NCBI GenBank assembly: GCA_964540515.1
Contig: CAZIMS010000009.1
Coordinates: forward strand, 28,391-92,390
Source of the DNA: an uncultured Pseudomonadota bacterium
GTDB taxonomy: Bacteria; CALINM01
DNA length: 64,000 nt
Direction: 5' to 3'
A model generated the notes under the pieces. It did no database searches. It had not been told where the DNA came from and saw only the letters and a list, made by a program, of their open reading frames with translations. Positions 42,683 through 51,748 of this stretch are shown here, in pieces (position 1 is the first letter of the stretch; each line of letters opens with the position of its first letter). The translations under genes and the position numbers were made by a program.

Positions 42683-43445
42683 AATGTTTCCAGAGATATT
42701 TAGGATAGGGCCTTTAGCGATACACACTTACGGTCTCTTCATAGCTTTTGGTGTTATAATATCTTTATATCTCGTGAAAGTTGAGAGTAATAGGGTAGGT
42801 CTTAACAGTCAAAGGATTGTAGATATACTTTTCTGGGCTATTTGGGTTGGTATCATAGGCAGCAGAGTTTTTTATTTTTTGTATTTTCCTTCAGACTTTT
42901 TAAAAGACCCTTTCGAGTTTTTTAGAATATGGAAGGGAGGGCTTGTATTTCATGGCGGGCTTTTATTCGCTATACCTTTTATCATTATTCTTTTTAAAAG
43001 AGAAAAAATACCTATATTAAGGACACTTGATGTTGTTGTAATATTTGTCCCCTTAGCCCATTTTTTTGGCAGGTTGGGATGTTTTTTTGCAGGTTGTTGT
43101 TATGGTAAGGTCTGTGAGCTACCTTGGGCTGTAATATTTAGAAACCCGTTAACTTTAGCGCCAAAAAATATTCCTTTACATCCTGTTCAGTTATACGAAG
43201 CCTTTCTAAATTTTTTACTATTCTTTTCTTTATACCTTTCGAGAAAGAAGATTACAAAAGAAGGAATGATGTTGGCTCTATATTTAATAGGCTATGGTTC
43301 AATTAGATTTTTTACGGAGTTTTTTAGAGGAGATTTAAGAGATATCCATGGTGGATTTTCAACAGCCCAGTGGATAAGTCTTGCCTTCATTGTTACTGGT
43401 GCCATTTTGATTACTGTAAAAAAAATACACAAAAGAAATATCTGA
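42657..43445 (+). CDS. lgt: Prolipoprotein diacylglyceryl transferase
   Basis: 262 aa polytopic protein with Lgt-like sequence. Confidence 0.85.
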   Translation: MLRRSILSKMFPEIFRIGPLAIHTYGLFIAFGVIISLYLVKVESNRVGLNSQRIVDILFWAIWVGIIGSRVFYFLYFPSDFLKDPFEFFRIWKGGLVFHGGLLFAIPFIIILFKREKIPILRTLDVVVIFVPLAHFFGRLGCFFAGCCYGKVCELPWAVIFRNPLTLAPKNIPLHPVQLYEAFLNFLLFFSLYLSRKKITKEGMMLALYLIGYGSIRFFTEFFRGDLRDIHGGFSTAQWISLAFIVTGAILITVKKIHKRNI

Positions 43446-43837
43446 AAAAATTTAAACAAAACATTACATTTTCGTCAAATTTTCTTAGATACAATCAAAA
43501 ACTATTAAATGACATAAAAATCAATATTTCTTAATTTTTTGATTATCTTCTTTAGTCAAAATAAGAGCATATTTAGTTAACCATATGAAGAATGTCTTAT
43601 TTATTACAAAATATGCACAAAATTAAAATGTTTTTAAAAACATTAACAATAAGTTTAAAATTTGTTGGTTCCAGTAACTTTAAAAGACTATATGACTATT
43701 TTTTGTGCAAAAATAGTTTGCTAAAAGTTTGTAAATGCTATTTTTTTAATTATTGCATAAAAAATATATAAAAAAAGTTATTGATTTTAAAGGATTTTTA
43801 ATGATATAAGAGATAGAAAAAATTAGGAGGTTTTTTT

Positions 43838-45478
43838 ATGATTCAGTGGCCCAAAACAAATGATGTTTTAGGAACTACAAACCGTGGCAACCCCTGTGAG
43901 TCTGGCTTATGTACCCTATGTCGTGCCGACTGTCAGGGTAGATGTGAGACTTGGCTTTCTTCTATGGTTGGAAGAAAACTGCTCTACCCCCGTGATTTTG
44001 GATATGTTACTGCAGGAAGCGCAAATAATACTGCCATTGGGGTTAACTACAACTCTTTAAGAATTCAGGGTTATAATTATGGCTCAAAGGGATTACCAAA
44101 AGGTCTATCGAGCTCTCCAGATGATTGTATCTTCCCAAATGTTTCCATCGAAACATCCTTTGGAAATAAAGTTCAAACTAAATGTAGAGTACCTGTAATG
44201 ACTGGTGCTCTTGGGTCTACCTTTATAGCTGCTAAGTACTGGGAGTCTTTTGCTGTTGGTGCAGCTTTAGTCGGATTTCCAATCGTTGTTGGTGAAAATG
44301 TTGTTGGTGTTGATAAAAAAGCAGAGTTTAAAGACGGAAAGGTTGTAAAGGCACCAGAACTTGATAGAAGGATTGACACCTTTTTACGTTATTTTGATGG
44401 ATACGGTGCTATAATTGTTCAGTTAAATGTTGAAGATACAAGAAATGGTGTGGCAGAGTATGTTATTGATAAATACGGCGATAAAGTTATCATCGAGCTT
44501 AAATGGGGGCAGGGTGCAAAAGACATAGGAGGCGAGATACAGGTTAATGATTTAGAGTATGCTTTGTTCTTAAAGAAAAGAGGATATGTGGTAGATCCAG
44601 ATCCAACAATTCCCGAGGTACAAGAGGCCTTTAAACATAGGGCAATACGTTCTTTTGCAAGACATAGCAGGTTAGGTTATACAGATCTTAATGATGTTTC
44701 AGATGTTCAAGAGGCCTTTAATAAGGAAGTTAAAAGACTTCGTAAGTTAGGTTACAAAAGAATTACTCTAAAAACAGGCTCCTATGGTATGGAAGCCCTT
44801 GCAATGTCGATAAAATTTGCTTCTGAAGCAGGTCTTGATTTACTGACAATTGATGGTTCAGGCGGCGGAACAGGTATGAGCCCCTGGAATATGATGGAAA
44901 CTTGGGGAGTTCCCTCCCTATTTTTACATGCAAAGTCCTATGAGTATGCATCAATACTTGCTACACAGGGAAAAAATGTAATAGATATGGCCTTTGGAGG
45001 CGGTTTAGCAAGGGAAGATCATATTTTTAAGGCAATAGCTTTAGGCGCACCTTTCACAAAACTTGTATGTATGGGAAGAGCAACAATGATACCAGGCTTC
45101 TTAGGTGCAAATATTGAGGGTGTATTAAAACCAGAAAAGAGGGCAGAGCTTAATGGAAACTGGGATAAGCTTCCAGCATCTGTAACTGCTATTGGTAGTC
45201 AACCAGAAGAGATATTTGCTTCTTACTATGATGTAGAGAAAAAAGTTGGTAAAAATGAGATGAAAAATGTACCCTATGGAGCTATAGCAATCTGGACACT
45301 AATGGATAAGCTTTCTGCAGGCTTACAGCAGTTGCTTGCTGGTGCAAGAAAGTTTACTATTAAAGAGATATCAAGAGATGATCTATTTGCTGCCAATCGT
45401 GAGACAGCACAAGAAACAGGCATTCCATTTATTACCGATGCCTTAGATGAAAGTGCAAAAAAGATACTTCGTAGCTAA
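43838..45478 (+). CDS. Glutamate synthase-related FMN-domain protein (archaeal-type GltB-like)
   Basis: N-terminal Cys cluster and FMN-domain glycine-rich motif IDGSGGGTGMSP; 546 aa. Confidence 0.7.
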   Translation: MIQWPKTNDVLGTTNRGNPCESGLCTLCRADCQGRCETWLSSMVGRKLLYPRDFGYVTAGSANNTAIGVNYNSLRIQGYNYGSKGLPKGLSSSPDDCIFPNVSIETSFGNKVQTKCRVPVMTGALGSTFIAAKYWESFAVGAALVGFPIVVGENVVGVDKKAEFKDGKVVKAPELDRRIDTFLRYFDGYGAIIVQLNVEDTRNGVAEYVIDKYGDKVIIELKWGQGAKDIGGEIQVNDLEYALFLKKRGYVVDPDPTIPEVQEAFKHRAIRSFARHSRLGYTDLNDVSDVQEAFNKEVKRLRKLGYKRITLKTGSYGMEALAMSIKFASEAGLDLLTIDGSGGGTGMSPWNMMETWGVPSLFLHAKSYEYASILATQGKNVIDMAFGGGLAREDHIFKAIALGAPFTKLVCMGRATMIPGFLGANIEGVLKPEKRAELNGNWDKLPASVTAIGSQPEEIFASYYDVEKKVGKNEMKNVPYGAIAIWTLMDKLSAGLQQLLAGARKFTIKEISRDDLFAANRETAQETGIPFITDALDESAKKILRS

Positions 45479-45485
45479 TTAAGCT

Positions 45486-45518
45486 GGGGCACCTTCTTAG
45501 GTGCCCTCTAATTTTTTA
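45486..45518 (+). terminator. Intrinsic terminator after the glutamate-synthase-like gene
   Basis: GGGGCACC-loop-GGTGCCC stem followed by CTCTAATTTTTT. Confidence 0.7.
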
Positions 45519-45545
45519 TATAGTGATTTTTTATAACCACTGGTA

Positions 45546-47807
45546 CTACACAAAAATATCTTCTCTTTTAATATTGTATTTTCTCATCAGATTATGAAAA
45601 GTTGGTCTTGGTATTCCTGCAAGCTCTGCGGCCTTTTTTACATTTCCCATAGTTTGTTTGAGATATTTCTTAAGTAAGTTTCTTTCAAAAATGGCCAGTT
45701 GTTCTTCTCTCTGTTCCCATAAATTCTTATTGGAATTAATAAAGTTAACTTCTGGTGTTATAGATTGTATGTGGATAGGAAAATCTTTTAGTTTTAGCTC
45801 ATCTCCTTGGGCAAGAATTATTGCTCTTTCTACAACATTAGCAAGCTCTCTTATGTTTCCAGGCCAATCGTAGGCCTTTAGGTGCTTTATAATCTCTTTC
45901 TCGTAAGATATTATCTTCTTACCTAACTTTTTTGAGTTGGTCTCTATAAGATAGTGTAGAAAATATGGCAGGTCTTCCTTTCTATCTCTCAAAGGGGGTA
46001 GATGAATACTAAATACATTCAACCTATAATATAAATCTTCTCTAAATTTTCCTTCTTCTATGAGCTGTTCTAAGTTTCTGTTTGTTGCAGCAATGACTCT
46101 GGCATCTATCTTCTTAACTTCGTTACTACCTACCGGTCTAATCTCGCCGTTTTGAAGAACTCTTAATAACTTTGTCTGAAGATTAATGGGCATATCTCCT
46201 ATCTCATCAAGAAATATTGTACCATTATGTGCTACTTCAAATAATCCTTTTTTATTTTCCAAGGCTCCGGTAAAAGCACCTTTTACATGACCAAAAAGCT
46301 CACTTTCTAATAAATTTTCTGTTAAGGTAGTACAATTAACAGTTATCATAGGTCTATCATTTCGGGACGATTTCTGATGTATAAGTGTTGCTACCATCTC
46401 TTTACCGGTTCCACTTTCACCTCTAAGTAGTACTATAGCATTAGTGTGGGCAACTTTTTCAATTTGTTCCCAGATCTCTCTCATTTTGTGTGTTTTACCA
46501 AGTATAAAGCTAAACTCTTTATCTTTATATAGTTCTTTTTGAATTATCTTGTAATCATTTAAAAGATTAATATTGTTGACTGAAATCTTGTTTAACAAGT
46601 AAGGAAGACACATTTCTATCTCAGCTAAACCCATAACTACTGCTCGTGCCTTCTCATAACAGTTGTCATAACCACAGGCACCACAATTTAAGTTTTCACC
46701 ACCATTGTATGTCTTCATCTCATCTAAAATGCTCTTAATATCTTCTTCTTTTGGCTCCACAAAGATTAGTCTGTCTTTAGGAGAAAAAGTCTTCTCAAGG
46801 CCTATCTTAGGTATTACCTTCTCTTCATTCTCCCCTTGAAAATAATAATCTTTAATATATCTTTTTACCCTTTCTGCCCTCTCATAAATTGTTCCTCTAT
46901 CTTTCATCATTGGACCATCTATACAACCCTTGCAAAAAAGTATGTCTACAAATCTTGGGTTAATCTCGTTTTTTTTGAGAGAATGGAGGAAACTTAGGAC
47001 CTCATCTTTTCCATCAATCACAAGAATATCACTATCAAGAATGTCTGTTCCTATTGAAGCAGTTTTTAGAAGTCCGCCTGAAAGTGCAAATGCCCTGCCA
47101 ATTCGTGGAAAATATCCATCAAAATCTGAAAAACTTTTTCTTTTTGGGTTTATATCTCTTATAATAAACTCTTCGTCAAGCTCTTTGAAAGTTAATACTG
47201 AATCAATTGCGTAACCATCATCTTTTATCTCGCTTTTTTTTGCTATACAAGGCCCAATAAAAAAAACAAGAGCTTTATCAATCTTTTCTTTAATTAACCT
47301 TCCCATGGCAATCATAGGTGATGCGATGGGTATTAGATTATTAATTAGCTCTGGATAGAACTTAGCTATTAAATTTACTATAGCAGGACAGGGAGATGAG
47401 ATATAGGTCTTTTTTTCCGTTGTCTTAGCATTAATATTAATAATAAACTCTTTGTATTTATCAATTATAATCTCAGCACCATAGGCAGCTTCATACACAT
47501 AATTAAATCCTAATTTTCTTAGGGCAGAAACTACTTGAAGAGGGTGTACATCTTGGTAATAAGAGACAAATGAAGGGGCAAGGAGGGCAACTGTTTTTTT
47601 ATTCTTCTTCAGCGCCTCTTCTATTGTTAGACCATTTTGTATTTCTTTAGCTTCCTGTGAACAGACTTTTAAACAGTTGCCACAGACTATGCAGTTTTCT
47701 TGAATTACATAAGCTTGTTCGTTGTAAACCTTTATAGCTTTAACTGGGCATCCTCTAATACAGGAATAACATTTTTTACAAAGGCCCTCTTTTGTCTGTA
47801 TAATCAT
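45546..47807 (-). CDS. Sigma-54-dependent transcriptional activator with N-terminal 2x[4Fe-4S] ferredoxin and [FeFe]-hydrogenase H-cluster-like domain
   Basis: Two CxxCxxCxxxC motifs; hydrogenase-like motifs [23 protein letters not shown]; AAA+ sigma-54 domain ([15 protein letters not shown]); C-terminal HTH. Confidence 0.75.
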   Translation of the reverse strand: MIIQTKEGLCKKCYSCIRGCPVKAIKVYNEQAYVIQENCIVCGNCLKVCSQEAKEIQNGLTIEEALKKNKKTVALLAPSFVSYYQDVHPLQVVSALRKLGFNYVYEAAYGAEIIIDKYKEFIININAKTTEKKTYISSPCPAIVNLIAKFYPELINNLIPIASPMIAMGRLIKEKIDKALVFFIGPCIAKKSEIKDDGYAIDSVLTFKELDEEFIIRDINPKRKSFSDFDGYFPRIGRAFALSGGLLKTASIGTDILDSDILVIDGKDEVLSFLHSLKKNEINPRFVDILFCKGCIDGPMMKDRGTIYERAERVKRYIKDYYFQGENEEKVIPKIGLEKTFSPKDRLIFVEPKEEDIKSILDEMKTYNGGENLNCGACGYDNCYEKARAVVMGLAEIEMCLPYLLNKISVNNINLLNDYKIIQKELYKDKEFSFILGKTHKMREIWEQIEKVAHTNAIVLLRGESGTGKEMVATLIHQKSSRNDRPMITVNCTTLTENLLESELFGHVKGAFTGALENKKGLFEVAHNGTIFLDEIGDMPINLQTKLLRVLQNGEIRPVGSNEVKKIDARVIAATNRNLEQLIEEGKFREDLYYRLNVFSIHLPPLRDRKEDLPYFLHYLIETNSKKLGKKIISYEKEIIKHLKAYDWPGNIRELANVVERAIILAQGDELKLKDFPIHIQSITPEVNFINSNKNLWEQREEQLAIFERNLLKKYLKQTMGNVKKAAELAGIPRPTFHNLMRKYNIKREDIFV

Positions 47808-49046
47808 TTATAAGCTCCTAAAGGGTTCTAAGGCTTTTTCATTTATTCCATAAAAGTTTGAGATAAAAACACCATAATTTATAAAGGGAACTCCCATAGA
47901 TTTAAACTTTTCTATCCTTGAGCTCATATCCCTTGAGGTTAACATACATCCACCACAATGAAGCACTAACCTTACGTCTGATAGATCTTCCCATGTAGGC
48001 ATTAATCCATTTAAAAATTTAAATTTAAGTTTTTTTCCTGTTTTTTGTGCCAACATCTCAGGTAATTTTTCCCTTGCCATATCTCCTTCCTGTTGGTGGT
48101 GTGTACAGGCTTCAATAATGGCTATGGCATCTCCATCAGAGATATTGTCCAGATACTTAAGTCCTTCCAGTGAGAAAGTCAGGGCATTTTTATAATTTGC
48201 AAAGAGTATTGAAAAGGATGTTAAGAAGGTCTGTGGTGGAACCTTGCTGCATATCTCGTTAATAACCTGACTGTCGGTTATTATAAGTTTTGGTGGAACT
48301 ATTAGGTTTTTTAAAGTTGCCTCTAACTCTTCTGGTTGAATAACAGTAAGCTTTATATGTTTTTCTAATGCCTCTCTCATAATGGCCACTTGTAAAGGTT
48401 TTAATCTACCTTTGGGATAGGCCTTATTTACCGGGATAATAAGCATAAGCTCGTCACCCTCTGAGATAAGACCATCAAGTATGGATTTTTCCTTATCTTC
48501 TGATAATTTTTCTCCTATAAAAATCTTTATCTTTTCTAACCCCTCCGATGTAATTGCTGAACAAAAAAAAGCAGGGATACTCTTGTTTTTATTAGAAAAA
48601 AATAAAATATCTTTTTTTTCAATAAAAAGGTCTTTTGAAGGTTTTTCAAGATCCACTTTATTAAAAATAAAAGCGTAGGGGATAGATAGAGCTTCTAACA
48701 AGTCTATATATTTTTGTTCTTCCGAAGAGATATAAAAGTTATTATAGGATGGTTGAAAAACAAAAAATACAAAATCAGTTTTTTTAATGATTTCTTCAGT
48801 TCTTTTTAGACGTTCTTCTCCTAATATAGTTTGGTCATCGATACCAGGTGTATCAGTGAAAAGCAAAGGTCCTGCTGGCAATATCTCCATTGCCTTTTCT
48901 GTATGGTCTGTTGTAGTCCCCGCTAAAGGGGAAACAATAGATACTTTTTGTCCTGTTATGGCATTGATTAGACTTGATTTGCCCGTGTTGATTTTACCTA
49001 TAAAGGAAACTCTTTTTCTCTCTGATTTGGGTGTTTCAGTGAACAT
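47808..49046 (-). CDS. hydF: [FeFe]-hydrogenase maturation GTPase HydF
   Basis: N-terminal GTPase (GKINTGKSSL, DTPG) and C-terminal CTHH...HCGGC cluster motif. Confidence 0.85.
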   Translation of the reverse strand: MFTETPKSERKRVSFIGKINTGKSSLINAITGQKVSIVSPLAGTTTDHTEKAMEILPAGPLLFTDTPGIDDQTILGEERLKRTEEIIKKTDFVFFVFQPSYNNFYISSEEQKYIDLLEALSIPYAFIFNKVDLEKPSKDLFIEKKDILFFSNKNKSIPAFFCSAITSEGLEKIKIFIGEKLSEDKEKSILDGLISEGDELMLIIPVNKAYPKGRLKPLQVAIMREALEKHIKLTVIQPEELEATLKNLIVPPKLIITDSQVINEICSKVPPQTFLTSFSILFANYKNALTFSLEGLKYLDNISDGDAIAIIEACTHHQQEGDMAREKLPEMLAQKTGKKLKFKFLNGLMPTWEDLSDVRLVLHCGGCMLTSRDMSSRIEKFKSMGVPFINYGVFISNFYGINEKALEPFRSL

Positions 49047-50028
49047 TTATGGACCTCCTTTCGCCCTTTGAAGGGGAAATCTTTAAACCCTTTTCATATA
49101 ATATTTTTTTTATTTTCTCTATTGATAATGGTGTTTTTCCATCGTAAATTCTGTAATTTTTTCTAAGTCTCTTTGGAGTAAAGTTGGGCATAATAACATT
49201 ACAGCCACATTCAAGGGCTTCAGAAAGGGATTTTTCACCACCTAAAGTGTATAAGGCAGTTGTAGCTGGAATATTAAGATCTTCAAGAATTATTCTTGCA
49301 AAGGTTAGTATTTTAATGACAAGTTCAGTATTAGCTGCAGCGTAGTTAGAAAAAGGTGTCCCTTTAGCGGGTAGAAAAGGACCAATAGCAGCCATATCAC
49401 AATCAAGTTCTTTCATAAGAAAAATGTCTCCAATATAATCCTCTAAACTGGTATAGGGTAACCCGATAATATTACCGAGACCAACCTTATATCCAATTTT
49501 CTTTAATATTTCATAATTTTTAAGTCTATTCTTCAAAGAATCATCAGGATGTAAAGCTTTATAGGCTCTATCATTTGAGGTTTCGTGCTTGATTAAATAT
49601 CTATCAGCACCTGCATCGAAAAAGGCCTTATAATCATCATAACTACGTTCACCGATACAAAGTGTAATGGCACAGTCCATATCTTTTTTAATCTCAGATA
49701 TTATCTCAACAATAGCTTCTCGTGAATAATATAAATCTTCTCCTGACTGTAAAACTATAGTTTTTATACCTCTTTTGTATATTTTTTGAGCCGATTTTTT
49801 GATATCTTCTTTATTCATCCTGTATCTTACTATCTTGTTTGACTTTCTTATGCCACAGTATAAACAGTCTTTGCGGCAATGATTTGAAAATTCGATTATC
49901 CCCCTAAGAAAGACTTCGTTGCCATAGATTTGATTTTTTTTCTTTAGAGCTATCTCTTTATATTTATATAAATTAGTATCCATTGAAGTAATAATTTTCT
50001 TTATTTCATTTATGTTAAACATATACAT
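49036..50028 (-). CDS. hydE: [FeFe]-hydrogenase maturation radical-SAM protein HydE
   Basis: Radical SAM motif CRKDCLYC in BioB/HydE-like fold; flanked by hydG and hydF. Confidence 0.75.
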   Translation of the reverse strand: MYMFNINEIKKIITSMDTNLYKYKEIALKKKNQIYGNEVFLRGIIEFSNHCRKDCLYCGIRKSNKIVRYRMNKEDIKKSAQKIYKRGIKTIVLQSGEDLYYSREAIVEIISEIKKDMDCAITLCIGERSYDDYKAFFDAGADRYLIKHETSNDRAYKALHPDDSLKNRLKNYEILKKIGYKVGLGNIIGLPYTSLEDYIGDIFLMKELDCDMAAIGPFLPAKGTPFSNYAAANTELVIKILTFARIILEDLNIPATTALYTLGGEKSLSEALECGCNVIMPNFTPKRLRKNYRIYDGKTPLSIEKIKKILYEKGLKISPSKGERRSINVH

Positions 50029-51304
50029 CCATCTTTCCAGAAAAAACTTCCTCTATCTTATCTTTATATTTTTTTACTCTGAGCTTTTCAATTTCATTAT
50101 AAATAAAGTTATTTGCTTTAAGCCTTTTTTCTTCGTCAAAAAAATTTCTCACATACTCAGCTAAACTAAGTAATGAATTGATGTTGCAAAAATTTTTTAT
50201 CTTACCTGTTTCTGCTAACTCCAAAAAATCCTCTCCTACTCTTCCTTTTCTATAGCAGGCAGTACAAAAGCTGGGGATTAACCCGTTTTCTATAAGTGTC
50301 TCAACCATCTCAGATAAAGTCCTCTCATCGGATATACAAAACTGATTGGCATCATCTTTAGATGTATAGCCTCCTGGTGTTGTTGATGATGCAGCACTTA
50401 TCTGGGACACTCCTAAATTAAGAAGCCTATCTCTTAACTCCTTGGGCTCTCTTGTGGAAAGGATTATGCCTGTGTAGGGAACAGATATTCTTAAAACAGC
50501 AACTATATAGCTAAATAACTCATCATCAATTTTGTAGGGAGGGTTATAAGATAAGGGAGTGTTGACAGAGGGTTTAATTCTTGGAACAGAGATAGTATGC
50601 GGTCCTATAGAAAAATTGTTTTTTAGCTCTTCTATGTGTTTTAATAAGAAATATACCTCTTCATCTGGTTTAGAGAGTCCAAAGAGAACACCCATACCAA
50701 TATCTTTAATACCCGCTTCAATAGCACGAAAAGGGGCATAATATCTAAAGTCAAAATCGCTTTTTAAACCTTGGGGGTGATATATTTTATAGAGCTCTCT
50801 GTTATAGGTCTCTTGAAATAACTGATATGTTCCTATGTTTGTCTCTTTTAAGGTTTTAAAGTCATAAAGAGTGAGTGGGGCTATATTAACATTAATCCTT
50901 CTTATATTGCTACCATTATATTTTATAGAATAGATATAGCATATGCTGTCGCAGATATAGTTTAAACTGTCACTTTCTCCTGACACCAAAAGTATACGCT
51001 TAACCCCTTGCTTCAAAAGGAAAGTGGTTTCATTATATATCTCTTCTTGAGACAGTTTTTTTCTCTTTATCTCTTTATTTTCTTTTCGAAATCCGCAATA
51101 TAGACAGGAGTTAGTGCAAAAATTTGATATATATAGAGGAGAGAAAAGGACAACTCTCTTTCCATAAATCTTATTTTTTATTTTGTTTGCTAAAGAAAGG
51201 ACCTTCTGCTGTGTAACTTTATCTTTACAGTTAAGAAGCTCGTAAGCCTCTTCTGCCGATAAACCCCGATATTTTTTCGCTCTTAAAAGGATATTTGATA
51301 TCAT
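50015..51304 (-). CDS. hydG: [FeFe]-hydrogenase maturation radical-SAM tyrosine lyase HydG
   Basis: Radical SAM CTNSCLYC plus C-terminal CxxC-x22-C motif (CTACYR...NFC) that separates HydG from ThiH. Confidence 0.85.
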   Translation of the reverse strand: MISNILLRAKKYRGLSAEEAYELLNCKDKVTQQKVLSLANKIKNKIYGKRVVLFSPLYISNFCTNSCLYCGFRKENKEIKRKKLSQEEIYNETTFLLKQGVKRILLVSGESDSLNYICDSICYIYSIKYNGSNIRRINVNIAPLTLYDFKTLKETNIGTYQLFQETYNRELYKIYHPQGLKSDFDFRYYAPFRAIEAGIKDIGMGVLFGLSKPDEEVYFLLKHIEELKNNFSIGPHTISVPRIKPSVNTPLSYNPPYKIDDELFSYIVAVLRISVPYTGIILSTREPKELRDRLLNLGVSQISAASSTTPGGYTSKDDANQFCISDERTLSEMVETLIENGLIPSFCTACYRKGRVGEDFLELAETGKIKNFCNINSLLSLAEYVRNFFDEEKRLKANNFIYNEIEKLRVKKYKDKIEEVFSGKMDVYV

Positions 51305-51469
51305 AATATGTGAAAGTCAATACAATATGTAAAGAATATATTACACAAAAAGTTGTCATATTGACAATAAAAAATTAGTTTTAGTTAAAAAACAATATGA
51401 AATAGTGCCAAGATAATTTTATTAAGTTTAATCTTTTCTTTATTCCTTTGATTTATACTAAGTAGAGAT

Positions 51470-51510
51470 AAAAAAATTCCGGGAAGGGGCTTGGCTATGC
51501 CCCGTTCCCG
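51470..51510 (-). terminator. Orphan intrinsic-terminator-like element in divergent intergenic region
   Basis: GC-rich 11-bp stem (CGGGAAGGGGC / GCCCCGTTCCCG, one bulge) followed on the minus strand by a T7 run; no minus-strand coding gene upstream. Confidence 0.4.
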
Positions 51511-51748
51511 TTATAGTAGGGAGGGAAAGTATGTATATTTTTATAAGCAATATATGTGCCAATTGCAAAATTTTTTGTAGATGTTAAAAATATTATTTCT
51601 TAGTTTAAAATAATTATTGATAGCTATAAAAAATTAGATAGTTTTGTTCAGATTTACAAATAACAGCAGAGAGACTATGATTTTTATGATTTAAATTATT
51701 GTGGTTTTTTCGCTATAATAATACAAGTTATTTCACGTAGGAGGTTAG

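Noticed and set aside
43627-43644. Palindrome upstream of the glutamate-synthase-like gene as a NifA upstream activator sequence
   Set aside because: It contains TGT-N8-ACA, not the N10 spacing; kept only as a generic candidate operator.
50015-51304. Alternative reading of the radical-SAM genes as thiH (thiamine) and bioB (biotin) rather than hydG/hydE
   Set aside because: The 429-aa protein carries the C-terminal CxxC-x22-C auxiliary-cluster motif specific to HydG, and a HydF GTPase with the CxH...HCxxC motif lies adjacent; no thi or bio neighbours.
51405-51410. Possible sigma-54 -24 element (TGGCAC on the minus strand) upstream of hydG
   Set aside because: The -12 position lacks the GC dinucleotide at the required spacing, so this is likely a chance hexamer.
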